Shown: positions 1 through 12,188 of the stretch, piece after piece
Numbering within the stretch: the first letter of the stretch is position 1
Layout: each line of letters begins with the position of its first letter
From: Podarcis cretensis
Lineage: Eukaryota
DNA: 64,000 nt
Assembly: GCA_951804945.1 (NCBI GenBank)
Contig: OX638154.1
Span: 22,196,001 to 22,260,000, forward strand
Direction: 5' to 3'
Notes under the pieces: model-generated
Told to the model about the DNA's origin: nothing
Databases searched by the model: none
The model's input: only the letters and a program-made list of their open reading frames with translations
Program-made: the position numbers and the translations under genes

Positions 1-363
1 CATTTCAGTAGTCTATCTTTCATACCCTTGTTTCGACCTCCTCTCACCTCCCTTTTTGTATTCCACTTCTATTAATTGTTTCAGCAATTCCTTTCCATCT
101 TTCTCTATTTTCTGTCATATAAATATCTTAACTTATTTTTACCCTTATTTTCCATTAATACTATAATGCTTATTTATGCTTAACTCCTTATAACATTTCA
201 ACTAAAGCCATAAGATTTCATTCCAACATTTTTCTAACACTCAGTAATTTTACAATATTTCTATTTCTGAAAATAAACTTTAAAACTTTTTCCAATCTTC
301 TTCCACCATCTCTTCTCCCTGGTCTCGGATACTGCCAGTCATTCGTCAATTCCAAATAGTCCA

Positions 364-1110
364 TCAACCTGGTGATCTTCTGTCCGAGGCTCTTAACTCT
401 TTTCCAAGTCCCTTCTGCAGGTCTTCTTCATATTTATACTTGCACTTTACTTTGTCTTCTACTGATCTTGTTCTTATTTTCCTTTCTTTGATACTGAAGA
501 GCAGATCTCGGGGAAGCTCCAACCTAGCAATGCTTTTATTCCTTCTCGACAGGTCAACCAAATCTCCATGGTTAAATCTAAAATCCATAAGGTATTTCAG
601 GACATGTTTCAAAATTCCTCCAAATCCAAAGGCCCCCACAGCTTCAATCTCCTCACGACCCAAGTCCAAATCCCAAAAGTCAGTAAATCCCTGCTTGAAG
701 GGATCTATCCAACTTTCCTTCTCCAGTCCAGGCAGGGCTCCGATCCTCAAAATCTGACTTTTTCTAAATTCAATCATAAAAGGCCTCAACTTATAGTCCT
801 CAATTTGCCTCTGTAAGGCTGGGGCTCCCACTTGTATTACTTTAGGTTCAACAACAGCAACTTTCTCCTTCGCCTTCTCGACAATTTGTCCTGCCAAAGT
901 AGATTCCTGTATCAGATCCTGAATAATTTCTGTATTGATGTTCACTTTTTGTCTCAAATTAGTCACTTTTTGTCCCAAGTTAGTCACTTTTTGTCCCAAG
1001 TTATCAATTTTAGTAGTCATGATATCTGTCTTCTTGTGGAGTTGTTCCAACGAGTGACTTATCTTGCATAATGCAATCACTGTCGACATTCTCAAATAGT
1101 CCAAGGTCAA
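364..1110 (-). CDS. L1-type ORF1 protein (coiled coil plus RRM-like region), transposon-derived
   Basis: 248-aa ORF with heptad repeats NLGQKVT, followed by LRIGALP and PRDLL, which resemble the L1 ORF1p motifs LRIxGIPE and PRDII. First true ATG is at about 1089. Confidence 0.6.
   Translation of the reverse strand: MTLDYLRMSTVIALCKISHSLEQLHKKTDIMTTKIDNLGQKVTNLGQKVTNLRQKVNINTEIIQDLIQESTLAGQIVEKAKEKVAVVEPKVIQVGAPALQRQIEDYKLRPFMIEFRKSQILRIGALPGLEKESWIDPFKQGFTDFWDLDLGREEIEAVGAFGFGGILKHVLKYLMDFRFNHGDLVDLSRRNKSIARLELPRDLLFSIKERKIRTRSVEDKVKCKYKYEEDLQKGLGKELRASDRRSPG
941..1003 (-). repeat. 21-bp tandem repeat (about 3 copies) encoding coiled-coil heptads
   Basis: TAGTCACTTTTTGTCCCAAGT repeated; encodes NLGQKVT-NLGQKVT-NLRQKVN on the minus strand. 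Confidence 0.85.
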
Positions 1111-4100
1111 TCCCTGATTCTCACAGTCTCTTATCTTGCAGCTGGTTCCCCCAGCTCAGCTCTTATAACAGTTTCAAAGGCTCCCTCTAGAGGAAAACAG
1201 TTTCTATTTGTGTCAATCCTTTTAAGCACAGTTCAAACAGTAAATATAGTTTCAATTTTCAGTTACTTTTCCTCCTTTTTAAATGCAGAAGAGGACAATG
1301 GAAACAATATATTTCTCTTATTTAGCTAACTGTCAAGATACGTTCTATTCACAGCCAATGAACTTCAAAACATCAATCTTATTGGCAGCCCCTTTCCAGG
1401 TTCAGAGCAGTGGTGATTTAATTTTCAACACTCTCTCCTGCAGGCTTGCGCGATCCAAAATTTTCCCCCTTTTCTCCTGCTTCCAAGGGGGGTTTAATAG
1501 TTTTAATCGATGGAAGTTTAATCCTTTGCGGAAGACTTTCCAAGACCTTAGCTTGCAGCGTCTTTGCTTCAATCTATTTACAAAAGGGGAAGGCGGACTT
1601 CCTGTTTGAAACCTTCCCATTTTGGTGCCAAATCAAGACATTTATAGATCCAATTTTCCGTTCTACTCACGGGTAGTTGTTTAAAATCGAATTGTCCACA
1701 GGAAAAAGTCAGCGCTCTCCGGCAACAGCAATGCGGCTTCACTCCGTGAAAGAAGCAATCAATGCGAAGCACCGCGCCACTCACCCCACGTCACTCCGGA
1801 TCCCCGAAACCGGGTCTCCCCGCGAGTAGGGGAGGCACAAAAGGTGCCAGCCGAATCCCAGGCTCACAGGCTTCTCCCGCCTGTGATTTTTAGTGGGTCT
1901 CCGCCTTCGCCGTGGCGGCCAGACCCTGTTTCCACGGAGTAAATTCCTCCCGATCAAAGGAATTCCGCCATTGCCAGAGGCACTAACCCGGAAGTCGTCT
2001 ACCCTTTCTATATTCACTTATAACAGGTTCCCTCTCTTTTCCCATTCATTTCTTTTCCCTGTTTATTATTATTAATAATATATTATTTCATTTTTTAATT
2101 TGCTTCAACACCACCTCTTGCCCTTTCCTCTCAGAGGAAGGAGACCTTACTTCCCTTCCCCTCTTTACCAGGCAACCTTTACTCAGCATGCAAGAAGATG
2201 CTGTTGCTGGCATTCCTCCTACTAGAAGCCTATAGCATGACTGGAAGGCATGGCAGACAAATAAGGAGGCACTGCCTTGGCACAGAAGCCCATCTGAAAG
2301 TCTTGGCCCAAGGCCCACTCTTTGAAAAACACTGGTCTAAATTGCTTGAGAAACACTGAAGGAGAGATAACAGGATGCATCCTGATCGTTGTCATATCAC
2401 CTAACAGTACCCTTGCAGCTATAGGCTAGAAAGGCTATTATTACCCCTCAAGGTGATTTGCATAGCTGAAGGCTAGTTGGCATTGTTATTCCATTTACCC
2501 ATTATTACCCCCCAGTTCACTAGCCTGGATGGTTTGCCAACATCCTCCATATACCCTTTGCTTGCTTGTTAATTCATATGTTTAGAAAACTTTAACCAAA
2601 AGGTAAGCTTTCAATGCTAGGTAAGACTGTTTTGTATCTCATGTTTTATTTCTAATTTCTGTTATGCAAAATACTTGTTTCATATAGTACCTGAGCACCT
2701 TCTCTTTGGGGATTTTTTTTTTATTACTTGCATGATGCTAAAAAGATTATTCTGAACTACTTTACTAATGTAGACCCTTGAAATGTGCATAGGCCAATAA
2801 TACTACCAGTGAAGTCATATATCTTTTTCCAGTTACCACTTTTGAAATACAGTCTTCTGTCTATCAATCTTGTGGACATATTCTTCTCTCCCCCCATTTC
2901 AGAAACATGTATGCTGCTTCAGTCTCCTATCTGGTACAGTGAACCATCTGCAACAGCTCTCTGACTCCTTTGTAGTATGCATAGTTGAGCAGCCTACTTC
3001 TGTATGCATCTACCGTATTTTTCCTTTTCATATAGCTCATGTTGCCTGTTTTCTTCTACACAGCTTTTTCCTTTCTGCCTGAACATGTCTCAGCAATTAC
3101 TGTTTTCATGTCTTGTGATCAGAAAAGCATCTTCTTTTGTCTGTGTCAGGCACTGGCTGCTCTTTAGGGAGAGCTCTTATTTGTAGTGTTGTGGGCCATA
3201 AGTACCATGTGTGGCATTTTCTGGGAGCGACTCTCCCTCCCTTCTGCCTTATGGGTAATAATGCACTCTCTTTGAAGCAATCTGTAAAGAGAAGAATTGA
3301 GGGAAAGTGCCATGTTTCTAGAGTTTTCTACTGGCTTGTGGTTGATTAAAAAAAAAAACCTCTTCTCCCACAACCTTCTGTTTCTTTCTAGGCTTTGTTT
3401 TCATGGTTTTCAACCCCCACTTCATCTTTTACCACTTGGGTTCTTCAGACTGCTACTGATTAACATCTCTGACTTTAGCCCTCTATTTCCGCCTTCCTGC
3501 CTGTCCTTCCCATTTCATTGTTGTTTTTCTGCAGCCTACACTCTCAAATAGCCACACCCCAGGAAAAGCAATTGGCTAATCCTGCAGTAGGCCATGCATT
3601 TTAATGGCCTTTTATTACAGGATAAGACACTTCATTCACTGATTGCAGCAGGGGTTTTTTCAGTTGCCTTAGCTTGAAGCATGAAAAGCTTCCTTGCTTT
3701 CAACAACATATATTGTTCCAATAAAATGTACTTTTGCCTCTCATTCTTTTTGGGACTTAGCATGCAAGATCAAATGAGGGAAGATCAAGCTCCAATATTT
3801 CTTCCACTTTCCTAATTTAAAATACTTAAAGGATATGTTTACCATAGTGAAATAAATCTGCTGTTTGCCTTTGAGTTCAAAACAACATGAACTACCTGAG
3901 AGGGCTCCCCAATTAGTCTTTGTTTTTACTGGCACTTAAAAGCCCTTTGCTTTAGCTCAGTAAAGCATTTTGTTGTTTTAGAAGAGCAGAACTTGAGGCC
4001 CCATCTAGCTATTGCTGCTATTAAATTACTAGCTGATATGTGACCAAATCCTCCCTCCAGGGACTGAATGTGTCACTTTGGCTATGTGCCCAGCCACCAT

Positions 4101-5157
4101 CAGCGCCATTGCACTCCCAGAGCCAGGATGTCTTTCCCACAGAGAATCAAACTGTATACCAGTTGTATTTGTTTGGGAATGTTGTTCTTGATATGAATAA
4201 CACTGAAGCAGAGCTGCCAGTGAAATAAAGCCACACGGGCAGCCTCCATAGTGGACTCACTCTCTCTCTCTTTCTTGGCTTCTGAATGATTAAAACTTTA
4301 AAGCACCAAGAGTAAATAAGAGCTACATGTGCAGTTTGCAAAATGCTCCTCTGTATTAGACAGGGCAAGGCAAAAAAAGCTTTGTCTACAGCACTGACAC
4401 TGCTGCTAACAGCCATTTTGGTGTTAATATGGGTGTGCAGTCCGCTGGGGGCAATTGTGCTTGGAACGTGTGTCCAGTCCAGTACAAATTAGATATCTGT
4501 TTAAAGTTCATAAAATGAATTCATGGTGCAAAAAATAGCCACATTCCCATAATATTCTTTCCCCCTCAGGATGTAATAATTCAAGTAAATATTAGTTGCT
4601 CATTTCTCATTGTTAGAAAAGCACCATTGCAGTTTTACAAGTGGTGATTACATATAAATGCTAAGCCAAAGCTATGTTTTAGTAAGCCACACTGTGCATG
4701 TAGCTTGTGCACTTTCTGTTTCACCCCTTCCTTTGTGCAAGTAGGTAAACAAACCACCAAGGGCTTAGTGTGACGTCTGAACCCAAATGTACTTTGTTTC
4801 GCCAGAACAAACCCTGATCTCCAGCTAGCCTTAAACCATGATTTGCTGTTAGTGATTGTGTGTGTGTGTTTAGGGCAAAAGCTACCCTAGGTACAGGTTT
4901 ATACATGATGCTAAACAAACCCCCGTCATGGTTTGTTGACTTCCTAGTGGTGCATCAATAAAACTGCTAGCACATTTGCAAAACTAAACAGGGTCTGGTA
5001 TGGATTTAAATTGGATGGGGGATAGTGTGTGGAGATTCCTGCAACCTTAAGTATTCTTTCCAACTCTACAATTCTATGATTCATACAAAGGGAAGGAGCA
5101 AAGCACTCAGAACGCACAGCTCATGCACCAAGTGGCTTACAAAACTATTGTTTATGG

Positions 5158-5295
5158 CAGAGGTGGAAAACCTGTTGCCTTCAGGCATTGTTGGAATACA
5201 CCTCACACAATCATCCCTGACCACTGGCTTTGCTGGCTGAAGCTGATGGGACTTGTAATCCAGTAGCAACTGGAAGGCCACAGGTTCCCCACATG
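5158..5295. mobile_element. Short palindromic hAT-like MITE (degenerate)
   Basis: Imperfect TIRs CAGAGGTGGAAAACCTGTTGCCTTC ... GAAGGCCACAGGTTCCCCACATG with an internal inverted repeat. Related copies at about 6417-6530, 37335-37468 and 57440-57550. Confidence 0.55.
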
Positions 5296-6575
5296 CCTAG
5301 TATGTGGCTTAGCATTCCATGTTAGCATCAGACTTCAAAGACATTTGCCTATTGATTCGTGCCCCCCCATTCTTGAAATGTCATATATTATTGAAACAAC
5401 TGCACACTAAAGCTGTAGCTAAGTATTTCCAAGAAATGTGTTATACTACATGAGCAGCATTGTCTTGTACTGCAGAACTAAAGGAATATTCTTTCCTTTC
5501 TCTACCTGCAATGATTTGATCCCTTTGGTTTGCATGTTTTACTGTTTGGATTCCCCCCCGCCCCCCCATCTACCACCAGGAAGCACACTTTATAATTGTC
5601 CATTACTGTACAGTGTTGGTTGTCTAATGTCTATGTTCAGGCTCTCCCATTACATGGATAGAACATTACTGTGCTTTCAGTCTCTCCCTATCTAAGAGCG
5701 AGTGTATTTATTTGTTTATTATTTACATTTATATTCCTCCTTTCTTCTAACATGGAACACAAGGAAGCATACACATTGTTCCCTGGAGGCCTCCCAGGCA
5801 GGCATTGATCAGACCCAGTCCTGCTTAGCTTTAGCAAGGTGGTGCCCTCCTATTCCTTCAGACCATAACCATACCTTCAAACTTCAGTCCTTTACTCTCC
5901 AGTATAGCAGCCATTTGAAAACGCGACAGCTGTATGTGTTATATGTTGATTGTGGGAAGAGGCTGGTTGTGCTTTTTTGTCCTTTTTAGTGATCTTCACT
6001 GTCACAACACTCGTACCAGTTGACCATGTTGGGAAGAGGAGGTGAGGTAGAGCTAAAGGGGTTTTGGCAGGCTCTTCTTACGTTCCTGATTCTTATCTTA
6101 AAGTGTTTTTCTTAAGGTAGTGTTCTAAAACACGACCAGATTTCTAACTATCTGATATAAACTCCTATTGGATTATTGTTTGATCTATAAAACCACTGGA
6201 TACAAAGAATTACCAGAATAATAATAAAGAATTCAGATTAAGTGTGTGGTCTTTTATTATTCAGTAGTTTCAAATACTGAATAATATCCCATAGATTAGC
6301 AGTACTATCTGGTGATTCCTTCTTTCTCCTGTAGGGAATGAATTTGATCCTGTGTGGGTTGTCACCGCCTATTCCTTTGCATTTAGATTAGAAACATAGG
6401 TTTCTGTACTTTTATCAGGAGTTGCCAACAAGGTGCCCTCCAGATGTTGCTAGACTAATCATGATTCCCTAGCTTGGATTAATGAAAGCTGGGGTCCAGG
6501 AACCTCTGAAGGGCACCACATTGGGTATCCTAAAATTATAAAAACTGTCTTTGAGACTCCTGGATATAAACATGC

Positions 6576-7072
6576 ACAGAATCATAAAATTGCAGTGTTG
6601 GAAGGGATCCAAGGGTCATCTAGTCCAACCCCATGCAATGTAGGGATATCAACCAAAGCATCCAAGACAGATGGCCATCCAATCTCTGCTTAAAAACATC
6701 CAAAGAGGGAGAGTCTACAGTCTTCCAAGGGAGTCCCTTCCACTGTCAAACAGATCTTACTGTCAGAAAGTTCTTCCTGATGTTTAGTTGAAATCTTCCT
6801 TGTAACTTGAAGCCATTGGTTTGAGTCCTAACCTCAAGAGCAGGAGAAAACAAGCTTGCTCCATCTTCCATGTGACACCCCCTAAGCTACATGGCTTTCA
6901 TATCTCCTGTCTCCTCTTTTCCAGGCTAAAAATACCCAGCTCCGTCAACTGTTCCTCATCAGACCTGGTTTCCAGACCCTTTATTAGATCGGTTGCCCTC
7001 CTGCCCACACGTTTCAGTTTACCGACACCCTCCTTAATTTGTGGAGCCCAGAACAGGACACAGCATTCCAGG
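6576..7072 (-). mobile_element. CR1 LINE 3' fragment
   Basis: Typical CR1 3' end in reverse (AGAATCATA...GGAAGGGATCCAAGGGTCATCTAGTCCAACCCC). Homologous to the + strand copy at 32945-33472. Confidence 0.85.
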
Positions 7073-9361
7073 AGTATTCTGCTCTCAGATAGTAGAAAAC
7101 CTAGTAGATTTGCTATTTCCAGCTCCCTCTTGCTGCAAAAATGGGGTTAAAAATTCCACCCCCACTGGTGTACAGCAAGCCCACAATTTACACACATTTA
7201 ACTTGTGCACATTTAGCTTGGCAAAAAAGGGGGTTAAAAAGGAGGTGGGGTTCCAGGAAAAATGACTTTAGCAATCCCACCCACCATTGAACCTAGCGTG
7301 TTTTAACTATATGGAATTTTGACTTTAGACACAATCCCTGGAACATAACCCCCACATAAGCTGTAGGCTTACTTTACTTCTCATTGTTGAATTTGCACAT
7401 ATGTAGACCTATTTCTAATATATTGTCACGTACAGAGTAGTAAACAATGTCCCCAAGTTTTAGCCACAATTTTTTTTTTAATGTTCACAAAAGATTTCAC
7501 AAGCAAAAAGATTCAATGAAATCTGTAGATTTTTGGCACTTGGGGGCCTTTTTGTTTCAGGCAATTGTGGTTTAAAAATGCCATATATGAATGACACAGG
7601 GAAGCAGATAATGTGCCCTTCTGACACAATACACATGGCTTCATTGGGGGACATTTTACTGCCCTTAAACACTTTGGGATTTTGCTTGGGTTAGCAAAAT
7701 TGCTCAGAAATTGCCTATCTTAGTTTCCACTGAAGATGGTTAAGTGGCATATATATTTCCCCTTTATTATATTGTTCAGTTCCTGCTGCATTTTGAAAAT
7801 GGACAAAAACTGTGAAGGTACATTCTGAGTTTTGCTGCTCACCATCCTGAAAAATTGATTAGGTTTTGAAAGGCAAAAAGCTTCTGCCTCGCAGAAACTA
7901 GAATTTTGTATATCAAATCAGTATTAAACATAATTTGCTGGTATAGCCTGAAAAACAGCCTTGGTGAAGGACATACATCTTCTTAGTGGCATAAGCACTG
8001 AGTTTTCCTGTGAAGTGTAAAGATGATGGTTATCTTAGAAAAGCATGGCCACAGCATGAGGCAAGAGAGCCTAGGATTATTTCTTTGCCTTGGATTATGC
8101 ACATGTGATTTAGTGAAATCCACAATCAAAAGGTGTGTGTGTGTGTGTGTGTCCGTGTCCGTTCATCCCTCGGTCTTAACTTTGATTACATTACTGAGTG
8201 TTGAGATTGGGGCGGGGCAGTTAAGAAATAGATTTAATTTGGTTGCTAGCCTTTCTATTTTGCGGCCACAGAATGCTGTTGCTTGCTTGTGTACCTACCC
8301 ACCTGTGCTTATCGGTTCCCTGCTCCCATGGCTTTTCTATATATTATTTGAGGTTTATACTCAGAACTCTTTATTTTCTTTACTAATTGCTTTCAGCAAA
8401 CTCACACTTCCTTATTTTGGTCTGTTCATATACAAGGTTGCTAATATGCCTTTCACTTTTCGTATACACGTTTCTTTGCATGGTAATTTGTAGGTGCAGC
8501 TGGGGCTTTTTGTTTTCTTAACTGTTTTAGCTGTGAATACAGAAAAAGGTCAGCATAAATGTAAGCATTTACTGGAGAACCTGTGTGAAAACCTGTTCTT
8601 TGAAATGTTTCATCTAGAACTATTTCCTTTCCCTCAGCATAACAACATCTTTTATGGCCTATCGTAGCAAAACTGAAATACTGGCTGTTTTGGAAAAGAA
8701 TGAAGCCTAGGTGTGTGTCTTTTTCACACACATAGAAGTGCTTAAGAACTGGCCCCAAATCAGGCTATCCAGTTTTGGCTACAGTGTCCTGTGTATACTT
8801 ACCTGTACCATTGATAAACAACAGTGGTTACTTATTAGTAGTTACGTTCGGAATTGCACTGTAAATAAATTATCTTTTAAAACAACCTTTTAAAATTGCT
8901 TCCCATTTTTAGAAACCTAGTTTAAATGAGGGCTGTACATGAAATGTTTCTAAATTCAGACTGCACTCCCATTGTTCCTCCCTGCTCTGAAAGCAGCTCT
9001 GGTATTTTTCCACACACTGAAACTCAACTCTTCACAAGGCCTGCATCTTAAAAAGAGCCGAATGTGATAGGGTTAATGGACAGGAAGCTGCAGCTGCAGC
9101 AGACTAATAGGCAAGCGAGATTTTTGTTTAACTGACAACTTTAGAAGGCCTTAGGGATGAGGGAAGGGCAGTTTGTGAAAACAGCATGCAGCATACTACT
9201 GAAAAACGTAGCTATTTTCTGCATCCTTTATATTTAATTAGGAAAGGGACATTGTAAGTGATTAGGAAATCAGAATCCTGGTTAATAATCCAACTTTTGT
9301 TAGGCACTGCAACATATGTTGGGTAAAAATCCAGAATGTGGGTTCTTACAGCTCACGGCAA

Positions 9362-9364
<3 letters not shown>

Positions 9365-9396
<32 letters not shown>

Positions 9397-9408
9397 CTGT
9401 GTGTGTGT
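9365..9408. repeat. (TG)n microsatellite
   Basis: Direct reading; about 640 bp upstream of the ZMYND8 ATG. Confidence 0.95.
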
Positions 9409-9867
9409 AGGAGAGAGAATCATATTTGCTTTTTGAGCTGTGTAGATGTTATATAATAGATGAACTACAGCACTAACCTTGATCCTTTATTATATGTTTG
9501 TGTATCTGACTGTATCTGTGTCTGTGTGTTCTGCTTCAAAACATTTTCCTTCCTTTATGTAGTGTGCTTTTCACAGTGTTATTCAGAATCGCTGTTTCTC
9601 TGTAGCAAAAACAGCTTTTGTGACCTGGGGAAACCTCCATGTTTAGAAAACCTCAAGCAGAAGCAACAGATGTGGTTTGAGAAATTCTTTATTTAGACTA
9701 GCACTTAGTGTTCACTTTATTCTTCTTGAAAATCTGCTTTCTGCAAGGAGTTTGTATGTGTGTGGCTCTTTTTTTAAGTTTCTTTTGCTGAAACAGGCCT
9801 AGTTTAGCCTGTCTTCTCTGTGCACAGGATGGCTCCTGCTTGCCAGAGCTGCACAAAGATAATAGCT

Positions 9868-9929
9868 CAGGAAGTGTTTCAGCCAATCCCCTGAAGCTTT
9901 ACATTCAGATTTTCCAAAGTAGCCAATCC
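9868..9929 (+). promoter_or_regulatory. Candidate proximal promoter of the MHPQS exon: ETS motif plus two CCAAT boxes
   Basis: CAGGAAGTG at 9868; AGCCAATC at 9881 and 9921, about 120-170 bp upstream of ATG 10048. Motif match only. Confidence 0.4.
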
Positions 9930-10047
9930 AGGATTAGCTTTTATTAGGAAGACAGATCATCAAGCTGAAGTGCCAAGCCCTTTCTGTCTGAGTACTGAGA
10001 GCCTGTCCTCCATGTTTTATAAGTATTGACATAACACTGTGTTAACA

Positions 10048-10061
10048 ATGCATCCACAGAG
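10048..10061 (+). CDS. ZMYND8: ZMYND8 first coding exon (MHPQ-S)
   Basis: ATG CAT CCA CAG AG|GTAAGC. Phase-2 join to 25571 gives MHPQSLAEEEIK, the N-terminus I recall for the long mammalian ZMYND8 isoform. Confidence 0.9.
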
Positions 10062-12132
10062 GTAAGCTTTACTTTTTTACATTTTTTTCCTCTAAAACCT
10101 ATGAGTTGTGGTTTAACAGTGTGATTCTCTGTGATTTGTCGCGCAAAACTCACCCCACAGCACTTTATTAAGTTGAAAATGTTTAAATTTGCTTTCTTGG
10201 GTCACATGGTTTAGTAGCCATTAGCCATAGCTTTATTTTACAGACTCGCAAAACGTTTGCATACATACCTCTTCACAAGGGGATGGTGGTTTTTAGAGTT
10301 TGTCAAGATACTGTTCTTCCAAAGCAGCTTTCTGTATCTGAGCAGTTTGCCTGCACTATTGTCTGTTGTGTCACATGCCTGCTGAAGAGAAAATGGAAGC
10401 TAGGGAGCAGATGCATTTAACTGCCCTACAGGGAGACAAGCAGGGATAATGGCAGACAGCAGAACAGGCAAGTTTACCTTTTCAAACAGTGAAAAGAAGA
10501 GCTATGCTAAGTTATCCCTGATAAAATATGGGATTTTTAGCAGCCTAGACTGCAGTAAATAGTGCTAATGGTAGATTGAAGATACTGGGCCTAACTGGTG
10601 GATTGCTATTGCATCATGTTTTTTGTGCAGTTTTGCCTTAACTTAAAATGGATATTTAACTCTCTCTTTTTTAACAGGATCCTTAGAAGCAGTGTGTGCA
10701 TTTTTCTGGATGAGAATATATAGCTTACAAGCTGTCTCTTTAAAAATGACTTTCTTATTGTAGGTTTTAGAAATAGTTAAGGTCTAGGTCTGAATCCACC
10801 AGGCATAGCTATGCATCTCTTCCTGTGTCTTACTTATTTAAAGACAATTCAATTTTTAACTATTATCTACCTTTTATTTAGTACAGATAAAATGATTTGA
10901 CTTTTTAACTGTGCTTTTCTCTTCTGTAAAAAATCAGGCACAGTTCTCAGAGGTGGAGTGATATAAAATCATGTGTGGTTCATGAGAGCATTACATGTTC
11001 ATTTTTTTCCTCCTTTTCGGGCTTTTCTGGTTTTTGGCATGATGCTACGTAATTATTTCAAAAATTTCCTTTTGGTCAAATCCCAAATCTGCCAGCTTCT
11101 TGTATCCTATTTACTGGGAAAAATGAGATGGTTGCTTGAACACTTGGTAAGTAAACTTGTATACTATTCTTTGATAATTTTAAACAGTTCTCAATCTTTT
11201 GCTTTTAACAGGGCAAAATTAATCCAGCTAGTGAATTTTTGTGGATTCAGTAAAAATAAATATTATTGTATTCTCAAAATTCTGTTCATTCAAACAGAGT
11301 GCTTTTCACAATGTTCTGCCACACATGAAATGTATACTTCCTGTTTTCCTCTGAAAACAAAATTCTGCTTACTCTTTGTTCCTAGACCCCCTTAATTAAT
11401 GCATTTGCAGGTTAAAGCTCAATTCAGACTTTCCTCAGGCTTTTGAAGTGTGATGAATGTGCTAGTTCTCAGCAAAGTAATTTACTACATTGTTATAAGG
11501 CTATCCTTCAGTAACTCTATGCTTTTGTTATCCTATGATATATCATCCAGCATGAAATTTGGTTTTAGAACCACTTTTGAGTATCTTGTGCTTTTAAAAT
11601 AATCTGGAACTGAGACATTTTGTATGCATGTCTCAACAAGCAGCTTTTCATTTAACATTTTCTCACAGCATTACACTCTGCTGTGTGTTCAGTTTGTGCA
11701 TTGTTTTGTAACAGTGCAATTCACAATATTATACAAATGTATCTTCTGAAAGAATGCCTTGTCACCATTTGTGCAGGGGCCTCATGATGATTATAAACTG
11801 CTATCTAGTATCCCTTTTACTATGATTTTGTCCTTAAGCTCTATCGCTTGTTGAAAAGCTCCAAAGTATGTACCATTAAGAATACCTAATTCAGATTATT
11901 CTCTTCCCCTCCCCCCATTTCTAAAGAAGCTGACATTTATTATCGGGCTTTTATGCTATTTTAGAATTTATTACCAATATACCTTAAATGTTTAGTTCCA
12001 GTGGTTGTCAAAACTGTGCTCAGATGTATTTTTCTTGCAGCACTTTATTACACATTAGCAGCTGGGTGTGGAATCTTAACATTACACAATATGATCTTAT
12101 GAAGAAGCTGGAGAAAATGAGCTTGAATTAAA

Positions 12133-12188
12133 ATGGCTCCCCTAGGTTTTGTTGAAGAAGGATGTGTCTCAAATCTGCACCTTCAGAG
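12133..12188 (+). CDS. ZMYND8: Candidate alternative first coding exon of ZMYND8 (MAPLGFVEEGCVSNLHLQ-S)
   Basis: AAAATGG (good Kozak context), 18 open codons, ending CAG AG|GTATTG in phase 2, in frame with exon 2. No transcript evidence. Confidence 0.4.

Larger units (their letters stand above)
1..1996 (-). mobile_element. L1-clade retroelement derivative (CpG-rich 5'UTR, ORF1, short ORF2 C-terminal remnant, 3'UTR running off the window)
   Basis: The minus strand begins GACTTCCGG...CAATGGCGG (L1-like 5' end) with a CpG-rich 5'UTR at about 1700-1996. ORF 364-1110 resembles L1 ORF1p. Positions ~270-370 translate (one frameshift) to RLMDYLEL..MTGSIRDQGEEMVEEDWKKF, resembling a squamate L1 ORF2 C-terminus. 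Confidence 0.7.

Noticed and set aside
8023-8493. 156-aa hydrophobic ORF (and similar 10973-11395)
   Set aside because: Runs through a (TG)n tract and T-rich DNA; no recognisable domain, and no donor in the phase needed for exon 2.
11123-11152. ATG...CACTTG|GTAAGT as an alternative coding first exon
   Set aside because: The ATG frame ends in phase 0, incompatible with the phase-2 exon 2 acceptor; a non-coding use cannot be excluded.
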